From NCBI GenBank assembly GCA_964521215.1, contig CAZFRD010000002.1, positions 10,798 to 74,797 of the forward strand: a DNA stretch of 64,000 bases, in the 5' to 3' direction. Of this stretch, positions 1 through 9,980 are shown piece after piece. The position numbers were made by a program, and so were the translations under genes. The notes below the pieces were generated by a model. It was not told the DNA's origin, did not search any database, and saw only the letters and a list, made by a program, of their open reading frames with translations. The stretch's first letter is position 1, and every line of letters begins with the position of its first letter. The DNA comes from an uncultured Pseudomonadales bacterium. GTDB taxonomy: Bacteria; Patescibacteriota; Microgenomatia; UBA1400; PJMF01.

Positions 1-971
1 ATCACCGGTTCCAAAATAGTCGTAAATTTGGCAAGACTTTTTGTGACTTCGTAGTCCATGTGGTCAGCGACCGATTGCATGGCGGTTTCTAGGGTGCCCG
101 TTTTTTCACCCACTTCCATTAGTTTGATCATCATTTCCGGTACAATCCGCTGTTTGCTCCGCAAGCCTTGAAAAAACGGGTAGCCAGAAACCGCCCGGTT
201 ACGTGCTTGCTTGATCAATGCCCTGACTTCAGACTTTCTCACAACTTCTTCTGCCAGTTCTAATGCCATGACGATCGGAATACCAGAAGACAAAAGTAAA
301 TATAAATTCCTGGTGAAGTGAGTCAAATCTGTTTTTCTGATTAATTGAGACACACCTGGCAAATCGTAAAGAAAATTGAATAACAACTCACGCTTGTAGC
401 GGTAAAACATCATCACTCCCACCACCACAGCCACTGAGACTCCAATGACAATAAACGGATGGTGAATCAAGGCATTGGAGAGCACTATCATCATTCGAGT
501 CGCAAAAGGTAAACTCACTTTCAACCGACTAAAAACTTGAGCAATTTTGGGGATCACCACCAGCAACATCACCACTAGAACAACCACAAATACTACCATG
601 ACTAAAGCTGGATACATCAAAGCAGATTTGACATTGTCTGCGAATTGCATTTCCTTCAACATGTTTTTTTCGATATCTTTGAGCGAAGTTTCCAAAGTAC
701 CTGACTCTTCAGCTGATTTGATGAGGTTGACTGTTACCTTATCAAAGGCACGAGGAAACTTAGAAAATGATTGATGCAAGTGATGACCCGAACTGATATC
801 TTCTTGAACAATTAGCAACACCTGCCTGGTATCTTTCTTCGATTCATCGAGCAGAGATTCTATCGTTTCCGCAATGGGAATACCGGCGGACAACATCGTT
901 GCCATATTGCTAAACAAGGATATTTTGTCGTCTGCAGACAAGCGGAGGTTTGCAGGATTGACCGTCTTCAT
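1..971 (-). CDS. pilC: Type IV pilus/T2SS platform protein PilC/GspF (5' part; C-terminus lies beyond window start)
   Basis: Reverse-strand translation from the ATG at 971-969 (MKTVNPANLRL...) gives a polytopic protein with the GspF/T2SS-F domain architecture. The start overlaps the pilB stop (TAATG). The ORF is absent from the track because it runs off the window. Confidence 0.75.
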   Translation of the reverse strand, partial: MKTVNPANLRLSADDKISLFSNMATMLSAGIPIAETIESLLDESKKDTRQVLLIVQEDISSGHHLHQSFSKFPRAFDKVTVNLIKSAEESGTLETSLKDIEKNMLKEMQFADNVKSALMYPALVMVVFVVVLVVMLLVVIPKIAQVFSRLKVSLPFATRMMIVLSNALIHHPFIVIGVSVAVVVGVMMFYRYKRELLFNFLYDLPGVSQLIRKTDLTHFTRNLYLLLSSGIPIVMALELAEEVVRKSEVRALIKQARNRAVSGYPFFQGLRSKQRIVPEMMIKLMEVGEKTGTLETAMQSVADHMDYEVTKSLAKFTTILEPV

Positions 972-2668
972 TATTTGATCTCTTCCGTGCGAGTCACACG
1001 TAGTATTTCTTCGATGGTGGTCATGCCCTGGATAATCTTCTGCAAGCCATCTTCAAACATGGTGGTCATACCTTCTTTGACAGCCTGAGCATGGATCACG
1101 TCAGAATCGGCTCGTTTGGTAACTAGGTCGCGAATTTCTTTAGAAATAGTCAGCACTTCGTAGATACCAATTCGACCTAGATAGCCAGTTTGGTGGCAAA
1201 ATCGACAACCTTTACCTTTATAAATGGAGATTTTGCCAGTTTTCACTCCCAAATTCTCTGGCAATTTTTCAATAAAAAGACGCTTGGTTAGTTCACTAGT
1301 CTCGATTTTTTCCTCTGCTTGGCAGTGAGCGCAAATTTTTCGCACCAATCTTTGGCCAATGATCACTCGCACTGTAGATGCTACCAAAAATGGTTCAACT
1401 TCCATATCAAATAATCTGGGAAGCGTGGTGGCTGCATTATTTGTGTGCAAGGTGGAGAGCACCAAGTGACCGGTCAGGGCAGCGTTGACAGCAATAGAAG
1501 CGGTTTCATTGTCACGGATTTCACCCACAAAGATCACGTCAGGATCTTGTCTGAGGAGCGAACGCAAACCAGCCGCAAAAGTTAAGTTGGTTTTAGGATT
1601 GACCTGCACCTGATTGGCTCCTGGCAATCGATACTCAATTGGATCTTCAATACTAGTAATGTTCCTCTCACGAGTGTTGACTAACTTCAAAATAGAATAC
1701 ATGGTAGTAGTTTTACCTGACCCAGTTGGACCAGTACTCAAGACCATGCCGTATGACTGGTTGTAGGCATTGGTAATCCGCTTGAGCGCCTCTTCGCTGA
1801 AACCCAAATCTTCGAGAGAGTAAGATCGAGCCTTAGAGGTGAGCAAACGCGCCACTACCTTTTCGCCTTCGGCAACTGGAATGATCGAAATGCGCAAGTC
1901 CAAGCGGTCGTCGTTGAGCATCATCGTCATTTTTCCGTCTTGAGCCGCTAAGTGCTGATCAGTCCGCAGTCGTGATAGGACCTTGATGCGGGTGACGACT
2001 CGGTCTAGTAAATACTTAGGCAAAGTAAAAATGTCATGCAACATACCATCAATCCGAAATCTGACTAAAAAGTCGTCTTCTCTCGGTTCAATATGAATAT
2101 CCGAAGCATTCTGCTCATGAGCGACCTCGATTAGTTGATCAACTAACTTCTTAACCGGCGGATCATGCACCGTGGTCCGAATAACAAAACTGTCATCATC
2201 ACGCAAAAATCGTTCAAAGTACTTTTGAAAATTGACTGTGTAATTTGTGAGTGCTTGATCAATAGAGGCGGAAGTAGTGTAGGCTAATTGAGCCGTTTTG
2301 CCATTTTTCTTTGCCAGCAATTGGACAAACAAGCGATTGGATTGCGGATCATCCGTAGCAATCCATAAACCTTCTTTGGGATCTTGACGATAACAGATGA
2401 CCCTGCGACGCTTGGCCACTTCTGGCGGAATCTGTTCTAGAGCCGACTGGTCTGTTTCTTTGTCGAGCAAATTAACAAATGGCACTTGAAAATACTTCGC
2501 CAAGATCTCGCCCAATGCCTCTGTAGTTAAAAGTTTCTCCTCCACCACTACACTGGCCAAGTCACGTTTGTTGCTTTTGGCTTCATCAACCCATTTGGTA
2601 AGTTCCTCAGCTTTAACCTTTCCTGATTGGACTAAGATCTGTTGGAGGGCGGCAGTGTCTAAACTCAT
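971..2668 (-). CDS. pilB: Type IV pilus assembly ATPase PilB/GspE family
   Basis: 565 aa with an N-terminal T2SSE_N-like domain, Walker A GPTGSGKTT, Asp/His boxes and a tetracysteine motif (CAHC...CRFC) typical of GspE/PilB. Confidence 0.9.
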   Translation of the reverse strand: MSLDTAALQQILVQSGKVKAEELTKWVDEAKSNKRDLASVVVEEKLLTTEALGEILAKYFQVPFVNLLDKETDQSALEQIPPEVAKRRRVICYRQDPKEGLWIATDDPQSNRLFVQLLAKKNGKTAQLAYTTSASIDQALTNYTVNFQKYFERFLRDDDSFVIRTTVHDPPVKKLVDQLIEVAHEQNASDIHIEPREDDFLVRFRIDGMLHDIFTLPKYLLDRVVTRIKVLSRLRTDQHLAAQDGKMTMMLNDDRLDLRISIIPVAEGEKVVARLLTSKARSYSLEDLGFSEEALKRITNAYNQSYGMVLSTGPTGSGKTTTMYSILKLVNTRERNITSIEDPIEYRLPGANQVQVNPKTNLTFAAGLRSLLRQDPDVIFVGEIRDNETASIAVNAALTGHLVLSTLHTNNAATTLPRLFDMEVEPFLVASTVRVIIGQRLVRKICAHCQAEEKIETSELTKRLFIEKLPENLGVKTGKISIYKGKGCRFCHQTGYLGRIGIYEVLTISKEIRDLVTKRADSDVIHAQAVKEGMTTMFEDGLQKIIQGMTTIEEILRVTRTEEIK

Positions 2669-2715
2669 GTTGTTCTATCATAGCCAGTCTGACCGCAGGT
2701 CACAACTGGCTCTTA

Positions 2716-5058
2716 CTACAGGTTGCTCCGTGATTGAATTTCACGCTCCACCTCATCTTTATCTCTTCCATATTTCAATCTGGATAGTTGTTTAATCATT
2801 TCTGCTTGCTTGGGGTTCATCCTGGCTTTGACTTTGTCCATATCTTTGGCCAATGACATGCTAAATGGCGGAACAGGTTCATTGCCAACAATCGTTTTCA
2901 TATAGACATGATATTTTTCAATGTTGGTGAGGTCGATTTCATTGAAAGTGGGAGCAAATTCATGTTGTAAAAAGTTAGCATCTGGCACACCTACCCGGAA
3001 GGAAACCATCGTACCAACGTTACCAAAGACGGCATTTTTTACATCTTCGTCAATCTGAGCCACAAACTGGTTGGCGACGATTAAATTCAGACGGTATTTT
3101 CTAGCTTCGGACAAAATGACGGCAAAATCTTCCGTGGCATAGTTCTGAAACTCATCAACATAAAGGTAAAAGTCATTACGTTTGTCCATCTCCATGTCTT
3201 GTCTACTCATCGCCGCTGTCAGTACTTTTGGTACTAAAATTAGGCCCAAAAATTTAGCGTCCTCTTCTCCCAAAATACCTTTGGACAAATTACATAAGAT
3301 GATTTTATTTTGATCCATCGCTTCACGGAAATTAAAGGCGCTGGTTGGTTGACCAATAATGTTACGCATAGTTTTGTTGGTCACAAATCGACCAAATTTT
3401 GACACAATATAGTCCAACACCTCAGATTTATGAAAGTCCGAAGTCTGAGCAATCTGATCTGTCCAGTACCGACGAACTACTGGATCTTTAACAATTGGTA
3501 ATAGTTCTTGCACGTATTTTTGATCGGTCAGCGCTCGGACTAATTCGATAAAAGTTGAGCCAGGCTTATACATAATCGTTAACATGGCGTTACGGATAGC
3601 ATGTTCAAAACGCGGACCAATGATGCCAGTTCGATGTGGATCATAAAGTTTGTACATCAAACCGATAATTGAACCAACCACAAAGTGACGTTGTTCTTCG
3701 GTGTCTGCTTCCATCATGTTCATGCCCATAGGCCGATCCAGATCGGACGGATTAAAATAGATCACATCATCGGCACGGTCGGGTGGCATGAGTTGCAAAA
3801 TATCTTCAACAAATTCACCGTGGGGATCAATGGCGCAGACTCCTTTGCCTGACTCAATATCCTGCAAGATCATTTCTTTGAGAAACTCAGATTTACCCGT
3901 ACCCGTCTTTCCCACGATGTACATGTGGCGTCGACGATCTTCATGACCGATATGCACTTTGCGAACTTCGCCCCGATAGTGCGATGCTCCCAGATACAAA
4001 CCAGTATTAGGAATTAAGTTGGGAGCTGGCGCATTTTTTGCATTGAGCCATTTAATATGATGTGTTTCCACAGTTTTATTTGGGAGGTGAAAGACAGTCG
4101 CAATTTCCTCAGTATTCAAAATGATTGAGTTGCGTCTGAGTAAAGGCATGTACCGATAAATAAAATCAATCATAAATAAATGTTTCAGAAAGACTCTACC
4201 CCGCTTAAAACTGTTGTAAGCAGATGAAAATTGAGAAAATGCGCCCACAATGTTATTGATATGCGATTCGGCGGTGGTTTCATTAGGCGAACTAACTACC
4301 ACCCGAATCGCCACTCTGAAACCAGGTTTTTCTATTTTGGAATTAATCGCTTCCATTTCTTTGGGATCGTGACCATAAGTGGCTTTTTCGGGATCGGCTT
4401 CGCGCTTTTTTTCTGACTGTACAAAACCTTTACCTTTTTTTTGCCAACCCTTGCCTTCTGGGGTGAGCAATATCTGGATCATTGCACCTTCGCCATCACC
4501 CATCTTTGACAGTGCCGAAGTGATCAGCGACAAACCGTCAGTTGGTAAATCTTTGTAAGTTTTGATCGGAAAATAGTTAGATTTTTCAAAACAAATTGCA
4601 GCGAAATCAACCTTACCTTTTTCACTAAAAATATTGACTTCTTCTACCTCTTTAATATCAGCGTTGGGATAAGCACCGTGGATTTGTTTTTCGACTAAGT
4701 CTCGTAACAAGGCTGGGCAACTGACGTAGATGGCGATATCTTCCTTCAAAGCCACAATTTCAAAAGCAAAAGAATGTTCTGGTTTTAACCAAGATAAAAA
4801 GCCCCGACGTTTGACAGAATATAATCCAGAAAACATTTGCTCTGCTGCGTCGATTTTGATTTCATTATCTTTTGGCAAACGGATCATGAGTGTCACAAAA
4901 TTGAGTGCGTAGGCTTCTCTTTTTCGGTGCTTCAACCATTGAAAAATCATGTAGGCAAAAACGGCCACGATGGCACCCACAAGCAACAACAGTGTCAGTT
5001 GGCTAAAAAATGTGACCAATATGTTGGTCAACTCAGAGATGTTAAATTTGGGATTCAT
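2716..5058 (-). CDS. VirD4/TraG/TrwB-like P-loop ATPase (FtsK/HerA superfamily) with one N-terminal TM helix
   Basis: 780 aa. An N-terminal hydrophobic helix is followed by HMYIVGKTGTGKSEFL...AIDPHGEF (TrwB/TraD-type Walker A) and Walker B YLYVDEFQNY...ANQ. Whether this is a VirD4-type or VirB4-type ATPase cannot be settled without a profile search. Confidence 0.5.
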   Translation of the reverse strand: MNPKFNISELTNILVTFFSQLTLLLLVGAIVAVFAYMIFQWLKHRKREAYALNFVTLMIRLPKDNEIKIDAAEQMFSGLYSVKRRGFLSWLKPEHSFAFEIVALKEDIAIYVSCPALLRDLVEKQIHGAYPNADIKEVEEVNIFSEKGKVDFAAICFEKSNYFPIKTYKDLPTDGLSLITSALSKMGDGEGAMIQILLTPEGKGWQKKGKGFVQSEKKREADPEKATYGHDPKEMEAINSKIEKPGFRVAIRVVVSSPNETTAESHINNIVGAFSQFSSAYNSFKRGRVFLKHLFMIDFIYRYMPLLRRNSIILNTEEIATVFHLPNKTVETHHIKWLNAKNAPAPNLIPNTGLYLGASHYRGEVRKVHIGHEDRRRHMYIVGKTGTGKSEFLKEMILQDIESGKGVCAIDPHGEFVEDILQLMPPDRADDVIYFNPSDLDRPMGMNMMEADTEEQRHFVVGSIIGLMYKLYDPHRTGIIGPRFEHAIRNAMLTIMYKPGSTFIELVRALTDQKYVQELLPIVKDPVVRRYWTDQIAQTSDFHKSEVLDYIVSKFGRFVTNKTMRNIIGQPTSAFNFREAMDQNKIILCNLSKGILGEEDAKFLGLILVPKVLTAAMSRQDMEMDKRNDFYLYVDEFQNYATEDFAVILSEARKYRLNLIVANQFVAQIDEDVKNAVFGNVGTMVSFRVGVPDANFLQHEFAPTFNEIDLTNIEKYHVYMKTIVGNEPVPPFSMSLAKDMDKVKARMNPKQAEMIKQLSRLKYGRDKDEVEREIQSRSNL

Positions 5059-5890
5059 GACGGTAGACTACTTTTCCTACAAATTTTTTAATAATTTTGT
5101 GACTCCATTCTAGCAACCAAGTGAAGCTGAGCTTTACATCTTTGACTGGATGCTGTTCATCTTCGGCAGTAATTGGCAAGACAATCACCGTTTGGGTGGG
5201 ATGCGATTGGGGCAAAGCCTGAACATTACCATCGGCTACGACCAGTTCCTGGGGTAGCTTATCGGCATGATCCTCTACTCGTTCCAAAAATCCTTCCACC
5301 TCAACGGGTAGCTCTGAAGCTGGCTCAAGTTCCACTTGGCCAATCAGCCCAGCTTCTGGTACGGCGCTATTGGAAGCGACCGTTTCCGGTTTGCGTGCGC
5401 CGGAGGGGTTTATCCCCTGAGGATTGAGGGGGTCATTGGCGATGATGGCGGCTGGCATAACCTGGTCAAAAACGCTGGAAGCTTGCTCGGCTTCGGTTAA
5501 CACTTGATCAAAAAGTGCCAGCCGCTCATCTTCAGTTAAATCAAAGTCTTGCGCTTGATCTTCATCAACCGCTAGCATTTGGGTAGCTGGCGTACCTGTT
5601 GCTGGCGTTGGAGTATAGGAATTGGTCGATGTTTGATTTTGACCACCGTCGTCTGATAGTTGAGATGAACTCACTAGATGAGGTTGATCGGTCAATTGGT
5701 CTAGTTGATCCGAAGGGGTTGCATTAATATGATCTGCTGAGTCTACAGAACTTTGATCAATTGTTGGATCATTTGCTGGATTAATAGCTGGATCAATTAC
5801 CGCAGGTTCAGTTACCATCGGCTGAGGAGGCATAGTTGTTGGCGGTGCAAAAGGATCAAATACCGCCTGTCCTGTCGGGGCAGTTATCAT
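5042..5890 (-). CDS. Pro/Gln/Asp-rich low-complexity protein of unknown function, first gene of the pilB operon
   Basis: 282-aa ORF, strongly acidic and Pro/Thr/Gln-rich with no TM segment. It overlaps the downstream ATPase gene by 17 nt, which suggests translational coupling. Confidence 0.4.
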   Translation of the reverse strand: MITAPTGQAVFDPFAPPTTMPPQPMVTEPAVIDPAINPANDPTIDQSSVDSADHINATPSDQLDQLTDQPHLVSSSQLSDDGGQNQTSTNSYTPTPATGTPATQMLAVDEDQAQDFDLTEDERLALFDQVLTEAEQASSVFDQVMPAAIIANDPLNPQGINPSGARKPETVASNSAVPEAGLIGQVELEPASELPVEVEGFLERVEDHADKLPQELVVADGNVQALPQSHPTQTVIVLPITAEDEQHPVKDVKLSFTWLLEWSHKIIKKFVGKVVYRHESQI

Positions 5891-5962
5891 TGTTTCATCA
5901 TAGCATCTTGAGGGTTGGAAAAGAAGATAGCGAATTTTGTGAGGTGTGATAGTCAGAATAAA

Positions 5963-6511
5963 TCAAAGCGTTGTTATCTCCAGTTTGTCTCCAACTTGCA
6001 GGTTGAAGTGCTGGGCTTGACCGGCTGGTATTTCCAGCACCAGAGTAACTGGCTGGGTAGGACTGTAGACTGGCAGGTCGGATAATGGCGTTTTTGGATC
6101 CGGCGCCGGTACATCAGTTGTAATATCAACTATTGTTGAACCGTCGATCCAAACAATATCCAAATCAAACAGCATCTCTTTCATCCAAAAACGCGGCACT
6201 GATCGCTCAGGCATCACAAAAAGCAAGCCGTCTTCTGACATTACCGATCGACCACTTAATCCTTGCTCAATCGCCCAATCGGAAACTACTACTTCGACGG
6301 TCAGTTCCCCCACTGGTTGCGCTTGACCATCCCGATTGACCGCCAACTGAACTAATTGGTAATCCTCTAGCTTCGCAGGTTGAGATGGTTTTCTAGATTG
6401 AAATGGTTTGGACCAAATAAAGATCAGTCCCAAACCAAACACAAACAATAATAGTAAAAACCACTTATTTTTCACTTTCTCATGATATACTGCTTTTTTG
6501 TGGTTGCCCAT
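5963..6511 (-). CDS. DUF192-family protein with N-terminal signal anchor
   Basis: 182 aa with an N-terminal hydrophobic segment. The motifs DIVWIDGSTIVDITTDVPAP and C-terminal VLEIPAG...GDKLEI match the DUF192/COG1430 pattern. Confidence 0.65.
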   Translation of the reverse strand: MGNHKKAVYHEKVKNKWFLLLLFVFGLGLIFIWSKPFQSRKPSQPAKLEDYQLVQLAVNRDGQAQPVGELTVEVVVSDWAIEQGLSGRSVMSEDGLLFVMPERSVPRFWMKEMLFDLDIVWIDGSTIVDITTDVPAPDPKTPLSDLPVYSPTQPVTLVLEIPAGQAQHFNLQVGDKLEITTL

Positions 6512-7475
6512 TTCTGCTATGCGAAAGTTCTCTATTTTTTACTATCTAGGCCTTGTGAGTTTAGTGACAATCTTTGGTGTAACTTTTATTAGCTTCTTTG
6601 GGTCAAGCCACTATTTTTTTGATCTGTTCGCTCACTTTCACCTGCAATATGCGATCGGTTGTCTGGTGTTGATGGGGTTTTTTCTGGTCCAGAAAAAACC
6701 CCTACTCGTCTTCACTGCCACCGTTGGTTTTATGATGCAATTTATCTTTCTACTGCCGTATTATTTTCAACCAACCGCCTCAGCTAACGATCAAGCCAAT
6801 GCTGAAACTATTCGCGTTTACTTTAATAATATCAATTACGGCACCACAGATTTTACTGCTTTAACCAAATCTATTGCTTACAATCATCCTCAAGTGGTTG
6901 GCATTGCCGAACTTTCAAGCGAAAAATTTGAACAGTTAGAAACTCAATTGCCGGATTATCCCTACAGCTTTCACGTTCCAGGCAGAAGTAAACTAGGGTT
7001 AGCAATTTTTTCTCAAATGCCCTTCGTCGACCAACCAAGTGTTCATTTCTTTTCTGACAGTCGCTTCCCCTCAATTGTTGCAGCCATCCAAGACTTTCAA
7101 ACAACCAAAAAACTTACAATTGTCGTTATTCACCCGCCTCCGCCTCTGCTCGCTGAATATACTCAGATCCGCAATGAGCTGTTTAATAATTTAGCTCAGT
7201 TTGCTCAAGACCAAACAGGTCCTCTTCTCGTCATGGGAGATTTTAATAGCACTAGCTGGTCACCAGCCTTTCAAACTTTGCTGGCCAACTCCACGCTGAT
7301 TGACTCTCGTAATAATCAGGGTATCCAACCATCTTGGCCTAGTCAGTTACCCAAGTTTCTAAGAATCCCGATTGATCACATGCTGACGAACGAGCTCTTA
7401 CCAGTCACCTACCGAGAAACGCTACCCTCAGTTGGTTCCGATCATCTGCCAATTTTAGCTGACTTTGCTTGGTAA
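6498..7475 (+). CDS. Membrane-anchored endonuclease/exonuclease/phosphatase (EEP) family protein
   Basis: 325 aa. The N-terminal ~100 aa contain several TM helices. The C-terminal domain has an EEP-like layout ending in GSDHLPILADF, the SDHxP catalytic His motif. Confidence 0.6.
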   Translation: MWLPISAMRKFSIFYYLGLVSLVTIFGVTFISFFGSSHYFFDLFAHFHLQYAIGCLVLMGFFLVQKKPLLVFTATVGFMMQFIFLLPYYFQPTASANDQANAETIRVYFNNINYGTTDFTALTKSIAYNHPQVVGIAELSSEKFEQLETQLPDYPYSFHVPGRSKLGLAIFSQMPFVDQPSVHFFSDSRFPSIVAAIQDFQTTKKLTIVVIHPPPPLLAEYTQIRNELFNNLAQFAQDQTGPLLVMGDFNSTSWSPAFQTLLANSTLIDSRNNQGIQPSWPSQLPKFLRIPIDHMLTNELLPVTYRETLPSVGSDHLPILADFAW

Positions 7476-8224
7476 TGTTTTCTTCCCAGTAGCGCCAGAC
7501 CAATAATTATTAATATGAGTAGCACATATTGGTTGAGACTCAAACCAATCCAGACGTTTTTTCCCCGATCAATGCGTAGAAAATCAAGTAGCAAGCGACC
7601 GAAGCCATAGAGCACTAAATACAATCCAGTTGATCCACCGGTTCCAAGCTGCCATTTGCTTCGCCAAATCCACAGCGTAATGACCAGATTAAGTAGCATT
7701 TCATACAAAAAAAGTGGATGAAAATGACTCTGAGATGCAACATTTCTCAATCGATGTTCAACATCGATGTAGATTCCCCAGGGTAGCTGTGTTGGCAATC
7801 CATACAGTTCTTGATTAACAAAATTACCTAACCGACCAATGATCTGACTAATTGGTAATGCGTGAACCACTAAGTCTGTGAGTAACAAAAAAGATAATTT
7901 GCCTTCGCTAGGCTTGGGTCTGCTTTGGAGCAATCTTAGTCCAATAGCAACCAGGCAGCCACCAATTATTCCACCAATAATACTCATCCCTCCCTGCCAA
8001 ACGTATAACAAGGCGATCGGATTTGGGGCATACAGATACCAGTCTGTCACCCCATGCCATAATCGGGCAAAAATAAACCCACCAACTAAAACTATCACAA
8101 TGTTGTTTTTGATTCTGTCAAAACTAATCTGGTATTTTTTACACGCAAGTCGTAAAAACTCCCACCCAGCTACTAAAGCAACGCCAATTATCAAACCATA
8201 GGGATGAAAAGTCAGACCAAACAT
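7442..8224 (-). CDS. lgt: Prolipoprotein diacylglyceryl transferase
   Basis: 260-aa polytopic protein carrying the Lgt signature GRLGNFVNQELYG. Confidence 0.85.
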   Translation of the reverse strand: MFGLTFHPYGLIIGVALVAGWEFLRLACKKYQISFDRIKNNIVIVLVGGFIFARLWHGVTDWYLYAPNPIALLYVWQGGMSIIGGIIGGCLVAIGLRLLQSRPKPSEGKLSFLLLTDLVVHALPISQIIGRLGNFVNQELYGLPTQLPWGIYIDVEHRLRNVASQSHFHPLFLYEMLLNLVITLWIWRSKWQLGTGGSTGLYLVLYGFGRLLLDFLRIDRGKNVWIGLSLNQYVLLILIIIGLALLGRKHYQAKSAKIGR

Positions 8225-8237
8225 GTCGCTGATTGTA

Positions 8238-8738
8238 TTATATTAGCGCCAGCAACCAAATTGAAACATTCCAAAACAAAACTAGCGCTGAGAGCAGTTG
8301 AATTTCAGTTCCGGTGAGCGATCGCTGGAGTTGGTAAAAATAAGTTTTTTCTAACAAAGCTTTATCAGAGCGCAAGCCAAAAAACGTGGCAGTGATCTCG
8401 GCTAAAAAGCCGACTATTAAACCGCCTCCCAAAATACTGCCGGTTGAAGTGACGACAAAAAACGACAGTGGCACAAAAAGTCCCAGGAAAAGTAAAGACT
8501 GGGTAACCAAGCCATCGGTTTCATTCGATCGATACAAGTGGTGAAGGTATAACCTGTCAACTTTAACCAACATCAGGCCAAAAACAAGCCCGATAATCAA
8601 TAATGGTATTTGGTACCAAAGTGATCCCAGTTTATCGAAAGATAGTATGAGCGACAAGAAAAAGTAAATACCACCGATTGCCAGGGCAATTGGACTCGGT
8701 AGTAAATCTTTAATAAACTTCATTAGATTAGTGTACAC
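8238..8738 (-). CDS. Hypothetical polytopic membrane protein
   Basis: 166 aa with 4-5 predicted TM helices and no recognisable motif. Confidence 0.4.
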   Translation of the reverse strand: MYTNLMKFIKDLLPSPIALAIGGIYFFLSLILSFDKLGSLWYQIPLLIIGLVFGLMLVKVDRLYLHHLYRSNETDGLVTQSLLFLGLFVPLSFFVVTSTGSILGGGLIVGFLAEITATFFGLRSDKALLEKTYFYQLQRSLTGTEIQLLSALVLFWNVSIWLLALI

Positions 8739-8749
8739 TAAAAATCTTT

Positions 8750-9943
8750 TTATTTAAAAATCTGGAACTCTTTGGCATCAAGAACTCGCTCTACAGCCAT
8801 ATCGACTTTTTCAGCAAAAGTGGAATCAGCCATGTACTGAGCCGTAAGAGCCGACTTGACGAGTTGTAACTCCGCCGGAGTGGTTTCGGGACCAAACACT
8901 AGTAATTGGTTGCCAGCATAGACTGCTGAAAGTGCCACCGACTCGAGCGTTCTGGTGTAAGTCTTTGCCTCGCTATCATAAGCAACTGCCTTCATCGTCA
9001 AAGCGTCACTAATCACCAAAGTTTGGGGATTGGTGTTCTTTAATTGATCAATACAATCCGCACTCATGGAGCAAGGTAAACCTGGGATTTGATTGACTAT
9101 TCCCATGTGACCGACCATCACTCCTATCTGGGGAGAAGTTTCCAATATTGATTTAAAAGGCGTTACGTCTTTGGCTAAAACAGTTTGTTGGTCAAAACTT
9201 TTGTGCAGATCCTTAGTAGCTGATCCAATTCCAGGATAGTGTTTCAAGACGGGCAAAATTCCTCGGTTGAAAAAGGCAGTCACAAATTGCTCTCCATACT
9301 GACTAACTAACAATGGATCACCGCTACAAACTCGATTTTTTAGTACCACGCTGCTGCTGGCAACATCGATTGTCGGACCAAAAATCAGATGAATGCCCGC
9401 GAGGGCTAGCTCTTGAGCTGACTGATCAAGTATCGCTACTCTAGTTTCTTCTGTCTGGTTACAGAGCTCGCGGGCACTCGGTAAAACCGAAAAGCCATTT
9501 CCCGCCAATCGTTGGACGTCGCCGCCTTCGTGGTCCACGGCAATTATTATCGGCAACTTGTCAGTTGCCGTCGATTGTTTCACCAAAGTCGTCAACTCTT
9601 TTGCTTCTAGAGCACTAATCTGACTGCCAAAGATAGCAATGCTTCCAGGTTCCAAAGTTAAGAGTTGGTTCAGCTGGGCTTCATCGGAAGCAGAGTTATC
9701 CCCCAGCTGATAAGGTACCATCAACATCTGGCCCACTTTTTGCTCTGGAGTTAGATTGGTCAATTGCCACCGACGAGAAGGTTGAACGGCAGTTAACTCA
9801 CCTGCGGTAGTGGCTTGATCCTCCTGACTCTCAGTGGCGATCATTGATCCAGCAAATGGTCGCCACACATAGTTGTATCCAAGCGCCACACAAAAAAATA
9901 ACAACAGCAGTATCAGCAACAAAGTAGTTTTTGGGAACTTCAT
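8750..9943 (-). CDS. nagZ: Glycoside hydrolase family 3 N-terminal domain protein (NagZ-like beta-N-acetylhexosaminidase), membrane-anchored
   Basis: GH3 catalytic-region motif KHYPGIGSATKDLH (compare KHFPGHG..DSH). The likely start is the ATG at 9943 (MKFPKTTLLL, signal anchor) rather than the track start at 10039. Confidence 0.75.
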   Translation of the reverse strand: MKFPKTTLLLILLLLFFCVALGYNYVWRPFAGSMIATESQEDQATTAGELTAVQPSRRWQLTNLTPEQKVGQMLMVPYQLGDNSASDEAQLNQLLTLEPGSIAIFGSQISALEAKELTTLVKQSTATDKLPIIIAVDHEGGDVQRLAGNGFSVLPSARELCNQTEETRVAILDQSAQELALAGIHLIFGPTIDVASSSVVLKNRVCSGDPLLVSQYGEQFVTAFFNRGILPVLKHYPGIGSATKDLHKSFDQQTVLAKDVTPFKSILETSPQIGVMVGHMGIVNQIPGLPCSMSADCIDQLKNTNPQTLVISDALTMKAVAYDSEAKTYTRTLESVALSAVYAGNQLLVFGPETTPAELQLVKSALTAQYMADSTFAEKVDMAVERVLDAKEFQIFK

Positions 9944-9980
9944 GATTATAGTGTAACAGCAGAACTCTTTGTTTAGCTGA

